This document shows, piece after piece, positions 58,235-64,000 of a stretch of DNA of 64,000 nucleotides (positions are counted from its first letter, which is position 1; each line of letters begins with the position of its first letter). The notes under the pieces are model-generated. The model was given only the letters and a program-made list of their open reading frames with translations, did not search any database and had not been told where the DNA came from. Made by a program: the position numbers and the translations under genes. Source of the stretch: a plasmid. The stretch lies in the sequence record CP113993.1, one strand, 5' to 3'.

Positions 58235-60050
58235 GTTTTCCGGGCATCCGTAAGGGCCGAAACTTCCCGTCTTCCAGTCTGCGGCTCTGCCGCCAGACGT
58301 AATCGCCGGTTAGGTTGATGTGCTCCCAGCCCAGCGGCGACAGGAATTGCAGCAGCTCGCCGTCCACCGGCTTGCCGGCCTCGACCAACCCCTGGGTGGC
58401 GCGTTCCAGGTACACCGTGTTCCACAGCACGATAGCCGCCGTCACCAGGTTGAGGCCGCTGGCCCGGTAGCGCTGCTGCTCGAAGCTCCGATCCCTGATT
58501 TCCCCAAGGCGGTTGAAGAACACCGCCCTGGCCAGCGAGTTGCGCGCCTCACCTTTGTTCAGGCCGGCATGCACGCGGCGGCGCAGTTCAACACTTTGCA
58601 GCCAGTCCAGGATGAACAGCGTGCGCTCGATCCGGCCCAGCTCGCGCAGGGCCACGGCCAGTCCGTTCTGGCGCGGGTAGCTGCCGAGCTTGCGCAGCAT
58701 CAGCGAGGCGGTGACGGTGCCCTGCTTGATCGAGCTGGCCAGGCGCAGGATGTCGTCCCAGTGGGCACGCACGTGCTTGATGTTCAGGGTGCCGCCGATC
58801 AGCGGGCGCAACGTCGGGTAGGCTTGCACGCCCTGCGGCACGTACAGCTTGGTTTCGCCGAGGTCGCGGATGCGCGGCGCGAAGCGGAAGCCTAGCAGGT
58901 GCATCAGGGCAAAGACGTGATCGGTGAAGCCGGCCGTGTCGGTGTAGTGCTCCTCGATCCGCAGGTCGGACTCGTGGTACAGCAGGCCGTCGAGCACATA
59001 GGTGGAATCGCGGACGCCGACATTCACCACGCGGGTGCTGAACGGCGCGTACTGGTCGGAGATATGGGTATAGAACAGCCGTCCCGGCTCGCTACCGTAC
59101 TTCGGGTTGACGTGCCCGGTGCTCTCGCCCCGGCCACCCGCGCGGAAGCGCTGGCCATCGGAGGATGAGGTCGTGCCGTCGCCCCAGTGGGCGGCAAAGG
59201 CGTGGCGATACTGGTGGTTGACCAGCTCGGCCAAGGCCGCCGAATAGGTTTCGTCGCGGATGTGCCAGGCTTGCAGCCAGGACAGCTTGGCGTAGGTCAG
59301 GCCGGGGCTCGACTCGGCCATCTTGGTCAGCCCGAGGTTGATCGCATCACCGAGGATTGCGGACAGCAGCAACGTCCTGTCTTTGGCCTCGGCCCCGTCC
59401 TTCAAGTGGGTGAAGTGGCGGCTGAAGCCCGTCCAGTCGTCCACGTCCATCAGCAGTTCGGTGATCTTGATGCGCGGCAGTAACTGGCTGGTTTGGTCGA
59501 TCAGCGCCTGCGCCCGATCCGGCACCGCCGCATCCAGCGGGGTGATTTTCAGCCCTGACTCGGTGAGGATGGCATCGGGCAGCTCGTTGTCCTTGGCCAG
59601 GCGGGTGACGGTGGCCAACTGCTCGTCCAGCAGCTGCAAACGCTCTTCCAGGTACTGGTCGCTGTTCGGGTTGATCGCCAGGGGCAGGGCCTGCTCGCGC
59701 TTGAGTGCGGCGAACTTCTCGGCCGGCAGCAGGTAGTCGTCGAAGTCGCGGAACTGCCGCGAGCCCTTGACCCAGATGTCGCCGGAGCGCAGGGCGTTCT
59801 TCAGCTCGGACAGGGCGCAGATTTCGTAGAATTTCCGGTCGAGGCCTTCCGGGGTGATCACCAGCGGCTTCCAGCGCGGCTTGATGAAGGCCGTGGGTGC
59901 ATCGGCCGGCACCTTGCGCAGGTTGTCGGCGTTCATCTCACGCAGGGTCTGCACGGCTGCCAGCACGCCTTGCGCGGCCGGCCCGTGCTGTTCCCCAACT
60001 TTTCGCTCGGCGAAGAGTATGAACATGCGCCGCCGGCGACGAATCGCCAA
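58230..60050 (-). pseudogene. tnpA: 3'-partial Tn3-family transposase tnpA (C-terminal ~600 aa), as in the Tn1721 tet module
   Basis: Strong Tn3/Tn21-family TnpA C-terminal similarity. The N-terminal ~400 aa are missing. Confidence 0.8.
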
Positions 60051-60377
60051 ATCTCACCGTATCTCCCGAGCGGACGATTTCGCACCGGTCTGCCCGTCGA
60101 AGGGCTTGCGATCGAACGGGGCGACCTTTTCTATGCATGTCCGCGAGCCAGCGTCTTTTATGGCACGGCGCTCGACGCCGACCTTCGGACGCGCGGCGTA
60201 AGCACGCTTGTCATGGCCGGGATAAGCACCACCGGCGTTGTTCTTTCAAGCGTCGCCTGGGCTAGTGATGCGGACTACGACGTGCGTTTGGTCCAGGACT
60301 GCTGCTACGACCCGGATCGGGATGCCCACGAAGCTCTGTTGCGTTCCGGGTTCGGCGGACGTGTACAGGTCGTGTAA
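59970..60377 (+). pseudogene. isochorismatase/cysteine-hydrolase-family gene fragment (C-terminal part)
   Basis: VSTLVMAGISTTGVVLSSV...VRLVQDCC resembles the hydrolase family. No plausible N-terminus. Confidence 0.3.
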
Positions 60378-60514
60378 TTTTCGGGCCTCGCATGATCGCG
60401 GCCATAGCCGCAGGTGGATTGGTGCGAGGCAGGGCCAGTCCAAGTCAGGGTGCGGTCATCGCGGCGCCTGCAACTCTCAAAAACCCATCGCCGTAGCGGA
60501 GGTCTTGTAATCGC

Positions 60515-61399
60515 ATGTCATTACGCACGCCCGATTTATTGTTCACAGCGATAGCACCTGCCATTTGGGGCAGCACCTACATTGTCACCACCCAATACCT
60601 GCCGAACTTCTCACCGATGACGGTCGCGATGCTGCGGGCGTTGCCGGCGGGTTTATTGCTCGTGATGATCGTCCGACAGATTCCAACGGGAATCTGGTGG
60701 ATGCGCATCTTCATCCTCGGCGCACTTAATATTTCGCTATTCTGGAGCTTGTTGTTTATTTCGGTCTACCGCCTGCCGGGCGGGGTCGCGGCGACGGTAG
60801 GCGCTGTGCAGCCGCTGATGGTCGTGTTCATCTCTGCCGCTCTGCTAGGTAGCCCGATACGATTGATGGCGGTCCTGGGGGCTATTTGCGGAACTGCGGG
60901 CGTGGCGCTGTTGGTGTTGACACCAAACGCAGCGCTAGATCCTGTCGGCGTCGCAGCGGGCCTGGCGGGGGCGGTTTCCATGGCGTTCGGAACCGTGCTG
61001 ACCCGCAAGTGGCAACCTCCCGTGCCTCTGCTCACCTTTACCGCCTGGCAACTGGCGGCCGGAGGACTTCTGCTCGTTCCAGTAGCTTTAGTGTTTGATC
61101 CGCCAATCCCGATGCCTACAGGAACCAATGTTCTCGGCCTGGCGTGGCTCGGCCTGATCGGAGCGGGTTTAACCTACTTCCTTTGGTTCCGGGGGATCTC
61201 GCGACTCGAACCTACAGTTGTTTCCTTACTGGGCTTTCTCAGCCCGGGGACCGCCGTGTTGCTAGGATGGTTGTTCTTGGATCAGACGCTGAGTGCGCTT
61301 CAAATCATCGGCGTCCTGCTCGTGATCGGGAGTATCTGGCTGGGCCAACGTTCCAACCGCACTCCTAGGGCGCGTATAGCTTGCCGGAAGTCGCCTTGA
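60515..61399 (+). CDS. pecM: EamA/DMT-family transporter (pecM-like) of the tet(A) module
   Basis: Ten-TM DMT topology. Adjacent to tetA as in Tn1721. Confidence 0.8.
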   Translation: MSLRTPDLLFTAIAPAIWGSTYIVTTQYLPNFSPMTVAMLRALPAGLLLVMIVRQIPTGIWWMRIFILGALNISLFWSLLFISVYRLPGGVAATVGAVQPLMVVFISAALLGSPIRLMAVLGAICGTAGVALLVLTPNAALDPVGVAAGLAGAVSMAFGTVLTRKWQPPVPLLTFTAWQLAAGGLLLVPVALVFDPPIPMPTGTNVLGLAWLGLIGAGLTYFLWFRGISRLEPTVVSLLGFLSPGTAVLLGWLFLDQTLSALQIIGVLLVIGSIWLGQRSNRTPRARIACRKSP

Positions 61400-61430
61400 C
61401 CCGCATGGCATAGGCCTATCGTTTCCACGA

Positions 61431-62630
61431 TCAGCGATCGGCTCGTTGCCCTGCGCCGCTCCAAAGCCCGCGACGCAGCGCCGGCAGGCAGAGCAAGTAG
61501 AGGGCAGCGCCTGCAATCCATGCCCACCCGTTCCACGTTGTTATAGAAGCCGCATAGATCGCCGTGAAGAGGAGGGGTCCGACGATCGAGGTCAGGCTGG
61601 TGAGCGCCGCCAGTGAGCCTTGCAGCTGCCCCTGACGTTCCTCATCCACCTGCCTGGACAACATTGCTTGCAGCGCCGGCATTCCGATGCCACCCGAAGC
61701 AAGCAGGACCATGATCGGGAACGCCATCCATCCCCGTGTCGCGAAGGCAAGCAGGATGTAGCCTGTGCCGTCGGCAATCATTCCGAGCATGAGTGCCCGC
61801 CTTTCGCCGAGCCGGGCGGCTACAGGGCCGGTGATCATTGCCTGGGCGAGTGAATGCAGAATGCCAAATGCGGCAAGCGAAATGCCGATCGTGGTCGCGT
61901 CCCAGTGAAAGCGATCCTCGCCGAAAATGACCCAAAGCGCGGCCGGCACCTGTCCGACAAGTTGCATGATGAAGAAGACCGCCATCAGGGCGGCGACGAC
62001 GGTCATGCCCCGGGCCCACCGGAACGAAGCGAGCGGGTTGAGAGCCTCCCGGCGTAACGGCCGGCGTTCGCCTTTGTGCGACTCCGGCAAAAGGAAACAG
62101 CCCGTCAGGAAATTGAGGCCGTTCAAGGCTGCCGCGGCGAAGAACGGAGCGTGGGGGGAGAAACCGCCCATCAGCCCACCGAGCACAGGTCCCGCGACCA
62201 TCCCGAACCCGAAACAGGCGCTCATGAAGCCGAAGTGCCGCGCGCGCTCATCGCCATCAGTGATATCGGCAATATAAGCGCCGGCTACCGCCCCAGTCGC
62301 CCCGGTGATGCCGGCCACGATCCGCCCGATATAGAGAACCCAAAGGAAAGGCGCCGTCGCCATGATGGCGTAGTCGACAGCAGCGCCGGCCAGCGAGACG
62401 AGCAAGACCGGCCGCCGCCCGAAACGATCCGACAGCGCGCCCAGCACAGGTGCGCAGGCAAATTGCATCAACGCATACAGCGCCAGCAGAATGCCATAGT
62501 GGGCGGTGACGTCGTTCGAGTGAACCAGATCGCGCAGGAGGCCCGGCAGCACCGGCATAATCAGGCCGATGCCGACAGCGTCGAGCGCGACAGTGCTCAG
62601 AATTACGATCAGGGGTCTGTTGGGTTTCAC
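61431..62630 (-). CDS. tet(A): tetracycline efflux MFS transporter TetA, class A, 399 aa from the GTG
   Basis: VKPNRPLIVILSTVALDAVGIGLIMPVLPGLLRDL... is the canonical TetA(A) N-terminus. The six-frame ORF overextends to 62705. Confidence 0.9.
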   Translation of the reverse strand: MKPNRPLIVILSTVALDAVGIGLIMPVLPGLLRDLVHSNDVTAHYGILLALYALMQFACAPVLGALSDRFGRRPVLLVSLAGAAVDYAIMATAPFLWVLYIGRIVAGITGATGAVAGAYIADITDGDERARHFGFMSACFGFGMVAGPVLGGLMGGFSPHAPFFAAAALNGLNFLTGCFLLPESHKGERRPLRREALNPLASFRWARGMTVVAALMAVFFIMQLVGQVPAALWVIFGEDRFHWDATTIGISLAAFGILHSLAQAMITGPVAARLGERRALMLGMIADGTGYILLAFATRGWMAFPIMVLLASGGIGMPALQAMLSRQVDEERQGQLQGSLAALTSLTSIVGPLLFTAIYAASITTWNGWAWIAGAALYLLCLPALRRGLWSGAGQRADR

Positions 62631-62677
62631 GTCTGGCCTCCGGACCAGCCTCCGCTGGTCCGATTGAACGCGCGGAT

Positions 62678-62726
62678 TCTTTATCACTGATAAGTTGGTG
62701 GACATATTATGTTTATCAGTGATAAA
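62678..62726. promoter_or_regulatory. tetO: tet operator pair, palindromes TTTATCACTGATAAG and TTTATCAGTGATAAA, in the tetA-tetR intergenic region
   Basis: Two palindromic operators read between the divergent genes. Confidence 0.7.
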
Positions 62727-62735
62727 GTGTCAAGC

Positions 62736-63386
62736 ATGACAAAGTTGCAGCCGAATACAGTGATCCGTGCCGCCCTGGACCTGTTGAACGAGGTCGGCGT
62801 AGACGGTCTGACGACACGCAAACTGGCGGAACGGTTGGGGGTTCAGCAGCCGGCGCTTTACTGGCACTTCAGGAACAAGCGGGCGCTGCTCGACGCACTG
62901 GCCGAAGCCATGCTGGCGGAGAATCATACGCATTCGGTGCCGAGAGCCGACGACGACTGGCGCTCATTTCTGATCGGGAATGCCCGCAGCTTCAGGCAGG
63001 CGCTGCTCGCCTACCGCGATGGCGCGCGCATCCATGCCGGCACGCGACCGGGCGCACCGCAGATGGAAACGGCCGACGCGCAGCTTCGCTTCCTCTGCGA
63101 GGCGGGTTTTTCGGCCGGGGACGCCGTCAATGCGCTGATGACAATCAGCTACTTCACTGTTGGGGCCGTGCTTGAGGAGCAGGCCGGCGACAGCGATGCC
63201 GGCGAGCGCGGCGGCACCGTTGAACAGGCTCCGCTCTCGCCGCTGTTGCGGGCCGCGATAGACGCCTTCGACGAAGCCGGTCCGGACGCAGCGTTCGAGC
63301 AGGGACTCGCGGTGATTGTCGATGGATTGGCGAAAAGGAGGCTCGTTGTCAGGAACGTTGAAGGACCGAGAAAGGGTGACGATTGA
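62736..63386 (+). CDS. tetR(A): tetracycline repressor TetR, class A, 216 aa from the ATG at 62736
   Basis: MTKLQPNTVIRAALDLLNEVGVDGLTTRKLAERLGVQQPALYWHF is the canonical sequence. Confidence 0.9.
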   Translation: MTKLQPNTVIRAALDLLNEVGVDGLTTRKLAERLGVQQPALYWHFRNKRALLDALAEAMLAENHTHSVPRADDDWRSFLIGNARSFRQALLAYRDGARIHAGTRPGAPQMETADAQLRFLCEAGFSAGDAVNALMTISYFTVGAVLEEQAGDSDAGERGGTVEQAPLSPLLRAAIDAFDEAGPDAAFEQGLAVIVDGLAKRRLVVRNVEGPRKGDD

Positions 63387-64000
63387 TCAGGACCGCTGCC
63401 GGAGCGCAACCCACTCACTACAGCAGAGCCATGTAGACAACATCCCCTCCCCCTTTCCACCGCGTCAGACGCCCGTAGCAGCCCGCTACGGGCTTTTTCA
63501 TGCCCTGCCCTAGCGTCCAAGCCTCACGGCCGCGCTCGGCCTCTCTGGCGGCCTTCTGGCGCTCCTGCTGCGGCGTCCGCTCGTGGGCCGTGGCGCGGGT
63601 CCGCGCGCCGGCCTCGTGCGCCTGGCGCTCGCGGGCGAGGTCCAGGGCGGCCGTCTTCACGTTCTGCCTTGCGCAGATGAGATAGATCTAGCGTGGACTC
63701 AAGGCTCTCGCGAATGGCTCGCGTTGGAAACTTTCATTGACACTTGAGGGGCACCGCAGGGAAATTCTCGTCCTTGCGAGAACCGGCTATGTCGTGCTGC
63801 GCATCGAGCCTGCGCCCTTGGCTTGTCTCGCCCCTCTCCGCGTCGCTACGGGGCTTCCAGCGCCTTTCCGACGCTCACCGGGCTGGTTGCCCTCGCCGCT
63901 GGGCTGGCGGCCGTCTATGGCCCTGCAAACGCGCCAGAAACGCCGTCGAAGCCGTGTGCGAGACACCGCGGCCGCCGGCGTTGTGGATACCTCGCGGAAA

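Noticed and set aside
61431-62705. 25-codon N-terminal extension of tetA(A) and 9-codon extension of tetR (62709)
   Set aside because: The canonical starts are GTG (VKPNRPL) and ATG (MTKLQPN), and the extensions overlap the tet operators.
1-64000. CRISPR arrays, tRNA/rRNA genes, integrons
   Set aside because: I saw no regularly spaced direct repeats with unique spacers, no tRNA-like cloverleaf candidates, and no attI/attC or intI signatures while reading the window.

Overview
This window reads as a contiguous piece of an IncI1-type (I-complex, R64/ColIb-P9-like) conjugative plasmid. The assignment rests on gene order, product sizes and motifs read directly from the translated ORFs, not on a database search.

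Left to right the window contains:
(1) The leading region: ardA, two ~340-bp Frpo/ssi-like repeats in front of unknown genes, and an Rpn-family PD-(D/E)xK nuclease.
(2) oriT with the nikA/nikB relaxosome genes.
(3) trbC/trbB/trbA, i.e. a DotL-like coupling protein, a thioredoxin-fold protein and a membrane protein.
(4) A ~2.8-kb AT-rich cargo islet between trbA and excA. It carries a 302-aa protein of unknown function flanked by 40-bp direct repeats, a DinQ-like 31-aa type I toxin candidate with tandem upstream repeats, and small ORFs.
(5) The Dot/Icm-like type IVB transfer genes traY through traE, all on the minus strand, including sog primase, nuc and traK.
(6) The thin-pilus (type IVb pilus) operon pilI to pilV. 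Its shufflon is reduced to a single 19-bp repeat, rci is absent, and an IS200/IS605 tnpB 3' remnant sits at that position.
(7) Regulatory genes: traC-like, an RfaH/NusG-like TraB and a LuxR-type HTH. Each sits behind a copy of a ~145-bp repeat that carries an ops-like core and an 8-codon uORF.
(8) The Tn1721 tet(A) module: 38-bp IR, 3'-partial tnpA, pecM-like EamA transporter, tetA(A) and tetR(A) with operators.

The most likely undescribed material is the AT-rich islet at 14.5-17.3 kb. Second candidates are the Frpo-driven leading-region ORFs.
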